A stretch of DNA of 64,000 nt from Lepidodermella squamata. Lineage: Eukaryota; Animalia; Gastrotricha. Position numbers and translations under genes: made by a program. The stretch is from the NCBI GenBank assembly GCA_047495785.1, contig JBLDXI010000009.1:4402001-4466000 (forward strand), read 5' to 3'. Every line of letters begins with the position of its first letter. Position 1 is the stretch's first letter. The notes under the pieces were generated by a model. The model did no database searches. It worked only from the letters and a program-made list of their open reading frames with translations, and was not told where the DNA came from. Of the stretch, positions 12,155-24,423 are shown piece by piece.

Positions 12155-13800
12155 TTCATCCCTGGGTAAATAAATTGAAGTATTTTTCTTATTTTTTCCG
12201 TATTAGTAAACGGGATTTTAAATTCTATAAAATGTTATAAGATGTTCCTATGATTGTCACGTTTCATTCAATGCCCTAGCTATTAGGAATTAGGACAGGT
12301 TAATTAGCGGGAAATTTCCCCATGTTTTTAAAATTAAACCTCCCCTAAGTCCGCGACTCACCCCAGCGATTTAACACATCTTTCCCGGGGAAAACCCGGA
12401 AAAATCCGATTGGTAACTTTTGGTATTTTTCCCGATCGGGCCGAATTTCTCCGGATTTTTTTATTCTCATTGACAAATGTGATATTTCTTACTTCTTATT
12501 ATGGGACGCTAATCGGAATTTACAGCTAAAGTAAAATGGTTCATTTTACGAAAAATCTATTTTCGCAAGGTAAACCGTAGGATATTTCCCAAGAGTATGC
12601 AAAACTGGATATTACAGCGTGTCGCATAAGTTGCGCAAACATTTGTAATGTAGGACATTTTTTGAGGAGAAAACTTGTAGAAATCAGGGAAATTTCCATC
12701 CTTTATCCACGATTTTACCGAAAAAATTACCGAAGAAAACCCTGAAAACTCCAATGGTAACTGGTTCGGTAATTTTTGGTTTTTACCTGATAATTGAATT
12801 CAATTTTTAAATTTCTTTGGATTTATTTTACCCTATTCATAATAGACGCAATAGACATACTTGATTACTATTTGTATGGCATTTTAAATTTTATTGCCAT
12901 GGCCATGAGCCATGAGATATGACTTCTCCTCTCATTTTAGATTTTAGAGCTTCTGATCCCATTTCCGTATATTTCCTTGGTTTCCGTTACTTATGGGACA
13001 ACAAGGGCGATAATTTTCCGATTTTTCCATTTTTAAAAAAATTAACATATCCCTGGCCATGCCATTAAACGTGATTTCACCGGAGTGATTTGAAACCCAC
13101 CATAGAATATTTTTTCCGGCCATAATCGAAGTCACCCCTGAGTCACGGTAATTTTTTGAACAAATCATTCCACGGCGATTAGTTGATAATTGGAGCGTAA
13201 GATTTATTGATCAATTAAGAATGTTTTATAATTTCAATTTTAATAAGTAATCATAAAAATTTCAGATTCACTTACCGGCTTTTAAAGTTGAACAGGACTT
13301 CCAAGGGACAGATTCTTTGGATTCTTTGATGAAGTTGAAGAGATCGATTTAGATTTGGTACAGACCAAATAATGAGAGAATGATTTTCATGATGAGGAAA
13401 GCGTGCATGACATGCCAAAATTAATTGTTCAGTAGAAGCTCTATTACATGGTCGGGACAGTCGTCAATTTGTGTCCCTTTTCGATGAAAAAATTCAATTT
13501 CGCAACAATCCGCCTCGCGTGTATCCGGTCTCAATTGGGACAATCCTCGGTTTTTTCTGAGTTTTTTTTTAATTTGCGATTCAAGCAACAGACGGCAAGT
13601 CATAGGTTGGCTCATCCTCGGCGGCTAATATCGAATACCGGTTTTAGCTTTTCAGGGCGATTTTACCTTAACCCTTTCATGGCGGAATTATTTATCTGCT
13701 GGAGAAAAAATATTTGACGGCAATTCTAGGGGTTTTAGAGGGCCCTGATCACGATTTTGAAACCCGTTTATCTCTATCTATCACCGTTAATGCTGTACAA

Positions 13801-14100
13801 AAACTGGCCGAAATCGTCCTATCCGCCCAGCTGATTTCAGCAGATTTTTCGAACACCCTAATTTCTGTGTCAGGGGCCTCCAGCTTTGGAATTTTAGATT
13901 ATAAATTACTCCCATGAATGTCCCCAAAATTCTCCCTCACCTAAATCGCCGAAAACATTCAGTTTAAAAAAGTTTCAGAGGCTCAGCATTCAGATCTGAA
14001 TTCAGCTTTTCCAGTTTTTGCTCGCGACAGTTTTTGCAGCACAAAAACCACGCACTCCGCCTGTATGAGTCCTGGCGGATAGGACGATTTCGGCCGGTTT
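13801..14100. repeat. Inverted repeat pair (probable MITE)
   Basis: aaactggccgaaatcgtcctatccgcccag (13801-13830) versus ctggcggataggacgatttcggccggttt (14072-14100). Confidence 0.5.
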
Positions 14101-15321
14101 GATTAAATCTCAATAACGTCGGCATTGTTATTTTCCAACTCGAAAAAATTTACACAGAGGTCAATGAGACTATGGCGGACACGGTGGTATTTTTTGTTGG
14201 ATCAAAAAATGATCAGAAACCTATGAGATTTCAAGTTGAAAAAAATCGAAATTTCAATCTCAGGTTGACTATTTTCAAATGGCTTGTATGTCCTGACCAT
14301 GCAAGATAACGGCGCCCTGGTCTCAAAACCTTGTAGCCAACATCGAAAAGCAATATTCCTGAAAAGGGCGATCAAAAATTCATCGAATTCAATTTTCTGT
14401 GAATTTTCAAAGTCGAAATTCCGAAATCGTCCTTCCCGCCGTGAAAGGGTTAATTTTTGCCAAATTTCGGCGGCGCCACGCTTAATTCAAGCCAAAATTA
14501 GAGCGAAATTAACATCAGGAATCCTAATTTGAGTCACCCTAATAGGAATCAAAGACCTTAAATCGCTTTCAGAACAAGTTACATGCAGGACCGTTCAGGA
14601 CCGAACGATTTTTAAATTGCCGATAACCAGGTGATAGAATAGAAAAATTAACTCAATTCACAGAAAAATCAGGAATCTTTTTCCCTATCGTTGCTTGAAA
14701 ACTCCAGAATTGTTTGAGCAAAATCTGTTTGTTTACCCTCGAAAAACATGGTCAATAATATTATAGTCGAACTTCGAACAAGTTTTTATATACTATTCGT
14801 GGTTGAACGGCTTTCCGGTTGCGTAATATTCAAAAAAATTTCAAACTCAGTAAGACTCATAGATATATCATATAGAAGGCTGAGATAACTTGGCATTATC
14901 AAATTTGTATAGGCAAAATCCGGAATCTTCCCCATATTTTCATTAAGTTCGATCTAAGGCTCGGGACCTTTTAGGTTCCTGAGCTTTCCAACCCTAATAA
15001 TTTCAAGCTTTTGCCAGTAAATTTGATCTTGCCAAGTAATCCAAGTAATATTTATTTGAAATAATATTCCGTGCAGATCTTTTCAAAAAAAATAATGAAC
15101 AGCACAGACTGAACACGAAAATAACAGGTTTTTTTTAGCAATGATTGCCCCTCCTCATACAGGTAATTTCTCACACAAAAAACTGGCTCACAACTCTCAG
15201 ATAAAATTGACGTGGCTCAACATGAGAAGTGCCGCGAGTAAATGAATAATATCGAAAAAAATTCGTTGCCATATTTTTATGTTATATAGTCACATTATTT
15301 TCCGCGATGATGATGAGATTA

Positions 15322-15618
15322 TCACAGATTGAATAGCTGCCGCGGTTCGACCTTGGCGCGTTGAATGTAGCGCCGAAGCGGGCAACTGCCGCCGCAATGC
15401 GGGCAACAACGCTGCTTGCTGGTGGCGTCACGCATCAGTGGATACGCGTGCCGCTCGCCGTCCTCGTCGGATGATTTGCCCTGTTCAAGATTTTCGCCGT
15501 TATTGATCTCGCCGCCGCTGTCGGCTGAATGCTGACGGCATTTGAAATACGCACGCACCAGTGAACCGGAACGCGAATTTTCGCCCGAACACGTCGGCGT
15601 TGTCTGTTGATTGGCCAT
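15322..15618 (-). CDS. Small Cys-knuckle/RxLF family protein, copy 5 (98 aa)
   Basis: MANQQTTPT..SLVRAYFKCRQHS...LMRD...CPHCGGSCPLRRYI...VEPRQLF; ATG at 15618. Confidence 0.8.
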   Translation of the reverse strand: MANQQTTPTCSGENSRSGSLVRAYFKCRQHSADSGGEINNGENLEQGKSSDEDGERHAYPLMRDATSKQRCCPHCGGSCPLRRYIQRAKVEPRQLFNL

Positions 15619-16300
15619 TTGCCAAAAATGTCTGATCACGTGACAAAAAAATTGAAAAAAATATAAATCCGATTTTTCAACGCGAAATTTTGGTAAATAT
15701 CGATTTTAGCAAAAATGGTGGCTCACAATAACGGGTCTGCAAAATATGACAAAAATTTAGTTAACAAGCGAAAACTTGATGGCTTACCCATATAAGTCAC
15801 GTCGTTAGAAAAGTAATGCATTCTATATCAGGTGTTTTTTACGGGCAATAACAATATGATGTTATCAGAGAGAAAACAGGAGAAATTTTGTTTAGCAGTC
15901 ATACTGCAGAACTCATGTTTTACCTTGTTTTTATTTGATCTGTATAATTGAGTAATTGTTAAGTGCAGATTGAGTAATTGAATAGAACATAAATAAAGGT
16001 ATGTTAGTTGTGTTTTGTTACTTCAGTTAGGTATAGGTATATTGGAAAATTTCAAGATGGATATGGTGAAAAGCGCTATCTTGATTTGTAGCTCGTAAAG
16101 TGCCATAGTGAATTAGACGTGATTGTATATAGAATATTCACATAATTTCTACTGAAAACGGATTTAAGAAAAATTAGCAACAAATTAATTGAATTTGCTA
16201 AACTGTAGATGAGTTTTTTTGAAGGATTTTAGCTATTTGAGGTAGAATTTGTAGCCACGTGCTATGAATTTTACGGCAGCCGCGTGTTCTATTTTTCGAT

Positions 16301-16354
16301 TTAAGACAAAAAAATTGTAATCCGACTACGTAACACAGAAAATGTGAACAATGG
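16301..16354. promoter_or_regulatory. Conserved upstream module of the small-gene family
   Basis: ttaagacaaaaaaattgtaatccgactacgtaacacagaaaatgtgaacaatgg, about 700 bp upstream of the copy 5 ATG. Confidence 0.55.
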
Positions 16355-16401
16355 TCATTAAATATAATGTCCCTTTTCTAATTTTTTTGATTTTTTTAGA
16401 G

Positions 16402-17673
16402 CACCCCGCCCTAAATTAGGCCACCGGCTGTGTAGCAGTTTTTTTGAAAATAAATCAAATTTTTTGAAATTTTCAAAGTTTCTCCAATCTAGTTCAGGAT
16501 TTTTTAAGCACGTGATCGCAAAGAAAATCATTAAAATGGGCGAGCAGGTTAAGGTTGTTTCTGCAAGGGCTTTGTGGCCGTAAACACCAGAGGTTCATGC
16601 ATCTCGTCGTCAAGAAGATTTCACGCGTAAAGCAGCAAATGCGGCTTTAAATTCAGCTTGTCGAGACGAATCCAACGATACCAAATTTATGGTATTAGCG
16701 TACCTGGACGAGGTGACCCAAATTTAGGGCACATTTTCAGGCCCGCCTAAGTTTCCTCCACGCGCGCGCTCCTATTGGCTGGCGTTTTGTGCGTGCGATT
16801 GCGTAACACGCGTGCACAATGCGAGCAAACAAATTCCCGAATTATACCCCAATTTATTTTTAAAATTAAATTCGTCCACGATCATGATAGCACATTGGAC
16901 AGAGCAGTTAAAACTGAATATTCTTATCTAAAATTCGTATGGAATAAATTATTTAAAATTGAAATTTAATGAATCGTTGGGACTTGCAGAATTGCGCGCG
17001 CACAAGTTTAAGTCGTGCCTCCACATGGTTTTTAGTATTTTAAAACCGCGCGCGGCCGTTACAAAGGCTAACTTTCGAATTTATCGGCGGTTTTTGTATC
17101 AAAATGAAATTCATCAAATTTGGAATCGATTGAATATGGGGTTCTCGCTCGAAAAATGTAAAGCGAAAATGTTTTACGTGTGATGAAAATTTGTCGTCTG
17201 CATTTTCGTTAACGCGCGCGCTCACAAGTTACTAGTACATGCGCGCATTACTTTGAATGCACGTAAAACATTTTCGCTTTACATTTTTCGAGCGAGAACC
17301 CCATATTCAATCGATTCCAAATTTGATGACTTTCATTTTGATATAAAAACCGCCGATAAATTCGAAAGTTAGCCTTTATCATTCATTGAGCGCGTGGCCG
17401 ACCAATCAGAGTGCGCGCGTGGAGGAAACTTAGGCGGGCCTGAAAATGTGCAAATTTAGGTCACCCTGTTTCCTAATTCCGGCCGGAAGTCTGTGGGAGT
17501 AAATAATTAGCCATAAATCAAGATAAAATCGTCCGTATTATTTTTGGATGCCGGCATTAAATAGCCTAAAAACTTGACTCGAATTCTGTGTTTGCCAATT
17601 ATTTTCTAAAAATTCACCTGGAAAAGCTCAAAGTGGGAAAAGCCCGAAAAGTGGCCGAATTATTGGGGCGGTG
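16402..17673. mobile_element. Tc1/mariner-like MITE hosting a nested insertion
   Basis: Imperfect TIRs caccccgccctaaattaggccac / gtggccgaattattggggcggtg followed by TA; internal homology with 7240-7817. Confidence 0.5.
16729..17451. mobile_element. Non-autonomous Mutator-like (MULE) element with 9-bp TSD
   Basis: About 40-bp TIRs GCACATTTTCAGGCCCGCCTAAGTTTCCTCCACGCGCGC; exact flanking direct repeat AAATTTAGG (16720-16728 and 17452-17460); internal ~118-bp inverted repeat 17063-17180/17260-17377. Confidence 0.75.
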
Positions 17674-17888
17674 TATTATAAATGTTTAGTGTAAAAAATC
17701 GGGGGAAAATGTCTGAAAAGAATCACCGGAATATAGTACAAGGCCATCGATATTTTTTCCGATTTCGATTCGATCATCGATCGGGGAAGCAGACGTTCCG
17801 AAAAAATCACCAATCGATGGTCGCATCGAAATCGGAAAACGAGCATTACAGCTTTTCATAATTTATTTAATTTAATTCTTACTACTAA

Positions 17889-20318
17889 TTAAACAAGCGA
17901 TCGTGTTTTAACAGTCATTCCCTTGAGCGTGAAATAGCTTAGGGCTAGGCTGGTGGAGAGAGACAGCAAGAGACAGGCGAAAGCAATGGCTGAATGCTGA
18001 CTGGATTGGTTTTGCAACGTAAAAATTATCAGTATCGAGCAAAGTAACAATGACAAAGCATTCAGCGGGCCAATAACAATTCCTCCAATCTCCTGGCAGC
18101 AACTATTAACCATAAGTTTCATGCCCTGTTTAACACGATAGCCTTGATAAGAACAGAATGCCAAGACCGCCATGTGTAAAGCAGCTAAGCTTGCCATCCA
18201 CGCAATTGCGTTCGGCGATGAGCAAACGACTTCGGATATTTCAAAATAAGTGTCCGTAATCGGGTCATAATTCTTAATTCGCGATGCGACTATCAATTCA
18301 CAGGAGAATGAATCAGAGAGCAGCCAAATGATCAGGAGCAACATGTTACCATTGATAAAGGCTAAAGTAGCCAGAAATGTTCGCTTTTGGATCTTGGCTT
18401 CAAACTCAACCGCTGGACCTTTCGCAGAATCGCGGATGCTTGGGTAAACCGAAACAATTGTGCTGCGCGTCTTTGCGTCAGATCTCGATCTATCCCTAGT
18501 GTTGTTTTGGCCAGTGGATGCATCAGAGCCCTCAACTACTGCCAATATGTGCACAACTTTGCCGTTCTGCATAACTTTAACACGTTTGGGTAGAGGGGGC
18601 AATTTCCTCGCCAGGAAAAAAGTTCGGAATGAAACCACGCCAACAACGAGCGACATCGATAGAACAAGCAAGACAAGTCGAGTCATTGATATCGCCAAAC
18701 TGTAAAAGCTGGTCTTCATCGAAAACGCAACTGCTGCGCCATTCAACACTATGCATCCAGCATACCCGGCTATTTTCATGAAAGGAGATGTGCCAAGTTC
18801 TGGTTTCCCGCTTTTCTTTATGGTCACGAAAATGATTCCAAGCTGAAACAATGTAAGGAGAGCTGCAATCGTTATGACAGCTGTTGAAACTTCAGAATTA
18901 ACCTCTCGCACCAGCGAAATTGAAAAAGCAACGTCCCTCGGCGGGTTTCCGCCGTTGTTCCAAGCAGCCCAATCCATCGCCTCGAGAGGGGAGACTTTAT
19001 AGCGGCCGTAGAACATGAAGTCCAGGCTGGCATTAACCTCAACGGAAGCGAACTTATTGCGATATCCTTTAGGATTGTAGTGCGAGTAAAGAATCATGTC
19101 ATTCTCGGAGTAGCCGCGCTTGCTGAAACGAAGTTGGCCCCTCAGGCCTGATATGTTGACAGCCAAAACAGATTCATTTACAACCTTCATCACAAATTCG
19201 GCGTTTGTGTTCATGTCTCGCAATGACATGTTGTAATCTCGTTTCAATCGCTTATCGGCTTCATGCATGGCGTAGATCCCCATCATAGTGGCATCATGGC
19301 AGACATATTTCAACGATCCTGCAGTTGCAGAGCGAGGTACTTTTAGAATTTCAAGCATTTTCTCCTCGAAGTAAGTAGTATTGTAGCCCAGTTCGCTGAC
19401 TCTGCTATCATCGATGACCTGATTGACCGGACCGAAAAACATCGAGTACCTGAGTTGCGTTCTGATTATCTCCCTATCACACCAAGGATCCAAGAAAGCA
19501 CTTGGTGAAATGTTGTTCGGGTCCGCAGCAAGTGAGTTCGACATGAAAAACATGTATCTTTGGCCGGTTATTCCAGCGTGAAAAGCCTTGCAAAGAAATC
19601 GCCAGAGCAGCGGCTCATTCGTAATGTACGCCACGATGATTCGAATGTCGTGAAAACGAATCTCCTCAATAGCGTCGTCTGTTATGTCCAAGACAAGGTT
19701 GAAAGTTGGAACCTTTATGCCGCTCTCCAGCGCGTATCTGTTGACGTATGTTGCTGAAATATAGTCGTTCGGAGCGCTGGCCAGCGTTATAATTCCTATA
19801 GTCGACCATTTCCCTATGTCTTTGAAGAAATGAACCAAGGATATAGCATTGAGCTCTCCGTTTGACTGAACGTTGTAGAGATTCGGATAGGTCACGTGAT
19901 CAGCGAGAAATGGAGCCGAGCATGCTATGGCTAGTCCGACCATGTTGAAGTATTTCAACGGCTTCCCATATGGTTTGCAGCCAATGGAGAAAAATGGTCC
20001 GATGAAAATCGGCGAGCGGATGAGACCGTTATCTGTTCTGTTTTCCCACGCTCGGCCGTATCGCACGAGTTCGCGGACTGGGGCGTAGCCTTGCGTGAAG
20101 CCCTCTTCATCACGATAGTCTGGTACGATGTTGTAGTCAGGTAAGACATCAGTTCGGTTGTTGGCGTGATCTATTGCGATTTTCACGGCTGGCGCGCACG
20201 CTATATGCACAACGGGGAACACATGAAGCATAGATATGTTGAATTTCTTATTCTGGCAGTTGCATTGTGGTGACGAAAATGCAATCAGAATCAAGAAAGT
20301 GTACCCTTTTAGCGACAT
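17889..20318 (-). CDS. Class C GPCR, GABA-B receptor-like (Venus flytrap domain + 7TM), intronless, 809 aa
   Basis: Signal peptide; ANF-receptor-type motifs (AVKIAIDHANNRTDVLPDY, FIGPFFS, A.FLAD...YPN, HDATM, GLRGQLRF); no Cys-rich domain; seven hydrophobic segments with WLL.D in TM4 and ECL2 EVVCSS. Confidence 0.8.
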   Translation of the reverse strand: MSLKGYTFLILIAFSSPQCNCQNKKFNISMLHVFPVVHIACAPAVKIAIDHANNRTDVLPDYNIVPDYRDEEGFTQGYAPVRELVRYGRAWENRTDNGLIRSPIFIGPFFSIGCKPYGKPLKYFNMVGLAIACSAPFLADHVTYPNLYNVQSNGELNAISLVHFFKDIGKWSTIGIITLASAPNDYISATYVNRYALESGIKVPTFNLVLDITDDAIEEIRFHDIRIIVAYITNEPLLWRFLCKAFHAGITGQRYMFFMSNSLAADPNNISPSAFLDPWCDREIIRTQLRYSMFFGPVNQVIDDSRVSELGYNTTYFEEKMLEILKVPRSATAGSLKYVCHDATMMGIYAMHEADKRLKRDYNMSLRDMNTNAEFVMKVVNESVLAVNISGLRGQLRFSKRGYSENDMILYSHYNPKGYRNKFASVEVNASLDFMFYGRYKVSPLEAMDWAAWNNGGNPPRDVAFSISLVREVNSEVSTAVITIAALLTLFQLGIIFVTIKKSGKPELGTSPFMKIAGYAGCIVLNGAAVAFSMKTSFYSLAISMTRLVLLVLSMSLVVGVVSFRTFFLARKLPPLPKRVKVMQNGKVVHILAVVEGSDASTGQNNTRDRSRSDAKTRSTIVSVYPSIRDSAKGPAVEFEAKIQKRTFLATLAFINGNMLLLIIWLLSDSFSCELIVASRIKNYDPITDTYFEISEVVCSSPNAIAWMASLAALHMAVLAFCSYQGYRVKQGMKLMVNSCCQEIGGIVIGPLNALSLLLCSILIIFTLQNQSSQHSAIAFACLLLSLSTSLALSYFTLKGMTVKTRSLV

Positions 20319-21746
20319 GTTTTCGAAAATTTACTTTGAAGGCAGGTCAAGAATGCAAAAATGATGTTAAGCGGCCGCTGCACTTCAACAGTCGCCGCCT
20401 AGTTTTCCGGATCAACAAGATCATACGTCATAACTTTTTTTCAGAAGCAATGGAGCCACCTACCTACTGTAACAAATCAATTTCAACATCCTCTGCTTAG
20501 TCTGCTGGCAAACTTAAAACGGAAAGCGAGGTATGCGGACGCCCTGGGTTCGATTCTTTCAAATGTTCCAAGATTTCAAATGCTCGGATTTCCAATTTCA
20601 TTTTTTATTTCATAACTAGGAAATTTGAGCTTACTTGTGAACTGCCAATGCGGTTTACGGATGGGACAGAGTCGCGCTTTTTACATTGCACCAGCCTATT
20701 CATACATATTGTTGATGAAGTTTTATATAATATGTTTCCACTCTCGAAATTTGAGAACGTCACCAGAAAAAAAGTTGTCTGCCGTGCACTCTTTTCCCAT
20801 ATCGCGACTTGCGCGCCGCAAAGGTGTGCCGGAAATAGAACAAAATGGCGTTGACTCGGCGACTGAAAATTGAAACTGAAACTGGCGACTGACTCGGCGA
20901 TGATGCAAAAACTTAATTTTACGCTTACGCTATTTGCTTCTATTTCCAGCACGCAAATCGCGACATCAAGTCAGATGAAACCTAAAACGCAAGCATTATC
21001 ATCTCTACGATCAATCATCTAAAACATCAAGCTACTTATCCAGTTGGTTGTTGGTGTGAGAACTAAAACCAGACCTTTTTTGTGATGTAATTTTACATGA
21101 AATGAGAGAGACGCGAAATGTTGGTTCAAAGTTCTCAAGTTTCTGAGATAATGGCTTGATGTATCCTTTTGATTTTTAAAGAACGGGACGGCGATGATGT
21201 CCCCGCAGCCAATGAATCTGCTAAACGGCTCGGGAGTAGGTCCCGAGAGGGATCGTCAGCTTCAGTTATTTGAGCAAAGAAAAGAAGCGTTTAACTTTCA
21301 TTTTGCCACTGGGTGCATAGGTATTGCATTCTGCTGAAGCTCTGATGCATGATTCAGGCATTATTCTACTGTTAACCGGCAGAAGATACAAGAAATGGTA
21401 TTATCGTTACTATAGTCATTGATCAAATCAATATTAGCAGAAGCGACATTCCACCTGATGATGTTGATTGTGGATGTACATTCAAGTCAGAAAGTTATTC
21501 GGGAACCGCTGCCCTATCAGCCGGAAGAATCTGAGGCTTATATTTTCCATGTCAAACGCCGGGTTGTTGAGGAGAAATGTATGTTCAATGCCAGAAGAGT
21601 CCGAAATAGAACCACACTGCAGCAGATAAGCAAAGGAATTTATCCATACTTTATTAGAAATTAGAAATTTTCACATCGCTATAGCCTTACAAGTGACAAA
21701 TTTGGCGTAGGAATTCAGAAAACTTGTTCAAAGAAATCGGAGAAAT

Positions 21747-22196
21747 TCAGCTTTTCTCGTCAAATTTACGGCCTGGTGTATCGATATTTTCGTCCTCAGC
21801 GAATAGTTTCCGCGGCACCACCGGCTTGGCGGCAATGCGCCGGCGGCGCGGGCAGTCGCCGCCGCAGAACGGGCACAAGCGCTTCTCGCGGCAGGCCGGG
21901 CCCGTGTAGTGGCCGTTCGGGTTGCGGTACTGGTACGGCTCGTCTCGCTTCATGATATTGATGCGGCCTTTGGCGGTGGCCCGGGCGCGCGCCTCGCATG
22001 GGTTCTCGCTGAGCGTGAGGCGCGGACTGTGCAGCAGCGCCTCGCACGAGAACTGCAACTTGGTGACGACGGCTTTTTCAGCGGCTTTACTGTCGTGATG
22101 GTTCATAAGTGAACTGCCCGCCGATTTTGAACTCGTCGGCGTGTTGGTAGCTGTTGTGTTAGGGCCATCGTTACCAGCTCGTTCCGAACCCGACAT
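21747..22196 (-). CDS. Small Cys-knuckle/RxLF family protein, copy 6 (subfamily C, 149 aa)
   Basis: NTPT, KLQFSC, KRDEP, CPFCGGDCPRRRRI, VVPRKLF; second TP site (TPGRK) after the motif. Confidence 0.8.
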   Translation of the reverse strand: MSGSERAGNDGPNTTATNTPTSSKSAGSSLMNHHDSKAAEKAVVTKLQFSCEALLHSPRLTLSENPCEARARATAKGRINIMKRDEPYQYRNPNGHYTGPACREKRLCPFCGGDCPRRRRIAAKPVVPRKLFAEDENIDTPGRKFDEKS

Positions 22197-24015
22197 TTTA
22201 TCGAAAAAAAAGTTCTATAGTAAATTCTATAGTATCAAATTCTTAAAAAAATGATTACTTCACATAGTTGGAAGAATTACTGTTATCAGTATAGCAAATT
22301 TTAGGAGATTCGGGTAAAGAGCAAGGTAAAATTGTGTCATGTCCGTGATCGACCAAAATTCGCTAAAAGAATTGAGAGAATCTAGCGCCGATTCGCCGTG
22401 GTGCAAATATTTGGAATAAATCTTGATTAATTAGCCAAAATTGTTTTTTTTAATTTCATCGAAACTTCGGGGCTAAAAATTGATAACAAAATCAAGGTTT
22501 AATTTGCATTAACCCAGCTTTATGCTAGTTCAATCTCGAGATCGACTTGTAGCAATTAAAAGTTAGTTTTGCGGGTATAAATATTAGCATCTCCCGGCAC
22601 TAAAATTTTTCCGATTTTTTTTACGATTTCGACTTATTTTCGATTAATAACAAGCTCCTAATATTTTCACTAACATTAACTGTTACCCTCAGATATCATT
22701 GTCGTAAAAATCACTGGTTTGTAAAATCGATATCGGCGCAGAAGGCTAAAACACATGCATAATAATGAGATCTCTCGTTAGGGCATGATATAAAGTTGAA
22801 AATTTGAGGTTAAATAATTGATTTCAAAAATTACAGATCAATAATTGAATCGAATTTAATGAAACGTAAGTAGAAAGTTTCACTTAGGATTCGATGAAAT
22901 TTCCAATGGCAACGCATGTTACACGTATATACAGTAGGAAGAGACGAGTCGCAGGAAAAGGGACTTGTATTATATTGCGAAACAACAAAAAATATAAATG
23001 GCCGGCGTTTACGTAGAGTGGTCTGCTCCAATTTTCAGACACGAAGTTTAAAAATGGGACTCAGCTTTCAATTCCATCGAACCTTTATTTTTTCTTGGGC
23101 CAATTTGGTTATTGGGCCGAGTGAATTGCTGTTTCCTTGGTGGTACCATGGAAATGACTCTATAATTTTCTAAAATCGAAAACAATATTAAAAGACAATT
23201 TTTCGGCTGTCCATAACCGAGAAATGTAGAATTATTATGTAAAATTCCTAACCGCGCCCGTTCACAAACTGATTTCTGTTTTCCTCGTATGTAATTTCTA
23301 ATCAAAAGCCACTGAAAAAATAATGGCTAACTTTGACGTCCGCTTGTTGAACAGGCCAGCATAATATAGTAACTGCACCATCACATTTAGTTATTACTCT
23401 AAAGAGGCTGAAGCAATTCGTGTTTTCTGGGTCAAATGCGGGCATGCGTCATTACTATTCTTGACCTAAATGCTGGCAATCAGGGCATTTTTTGCCTTAA
23501 AGCGCCTAAATTATATAGGTCTGACATTAAGCTTGACGGCCTAGCCAAGTCGATATAATTATCGATGCTTGGGTCGTCTCACGTGCCGCCATTCCTTTTT
23601 TCGAGGTCTTATCGGAGCAAAAAGAAAATTACATACGAGGGAAAAAGAAATCAGTTTGTGGGTGTATGCAATTCGCTGTGTGCGTATGTAGATACTTTGA
23701 TGGTGCATACAGCGTTCATCTTTCATCCTAGTAAATAGGTATATCCTCAGCTGTTCCCTCAAATCACTCGTAAAATCTTCTTTGAATGAGACGAAGGGTA
23801 TAAATTAAGTCTGATTCTTTCATTTATATTGCACAAAACTCAGCAACCACTATTATTGAAATTTTCAATATTTCAGACGCGGCACAGGAATAACTCAACT
23901 CTGTCATAAAAATGTGATATTATCGATTCTCATCAATGTTATATACAAAAATCGGCAATCGAAAAAAAAATGCGACAGAGTTTGTGTTCATGTCACTTTT
24001 TGAGATGGATGGTGG

Positions 24016-24423
24016 TCATTCGAGATGATGAAACAGCCGGCGAGGTTCGATGTTGGCGCTATGAACGTACCGTTTAAGCGGGCACCTGCCACCGCAACTC
24101 GGACACTCGCGCTTGCCAGTGGTCAAGCCGTCACGCTTCAGCGAACACGCATAACCATGCCCGTCACGCTTCATTGATTGTTGCAGATTTCTCACTTCGT
24201 CAGGCCCGCTGCTTCTGTTCACATAAGGCTGGTTCGAGCTGAAGAACTGGTCTCTGCTAGCCGGCTTGATTTGCTGTTGTTGCTGATTTGTCGTCGGACA
24301 GCCGGCGTTTTCGACCGAATGCTGGCGGCATTTGAAGTAGACACGAACCAGTGAACCGCAACGCGAATTTTCGCCCGAGCTCGTCGGCGTTGTCGGTCGG
24401 CTTTCTTCGATTTGCTCAGCCAT
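24016..24423 (-). CDS. Small Cys-knuckle/RxLF family protein, copy 7 (subfamily A, 135 aa)
   Basis: Near-identical to copy 1 including flanks; ATG at 24423. Confidence 0.8.
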   Translation of the reverse strand: MAEQIEESRPTTPTSSGENSRCGSLVRVYFKCRQHSVENAGCPTTNQQQQQIKPASRDQFFSSNQPYVNRSSGPDEVRNLQQSMKRDGHGYACSLKRDGLTTGKRECPSCGGRCPLKRYVHSANIEPRRLFHHLE

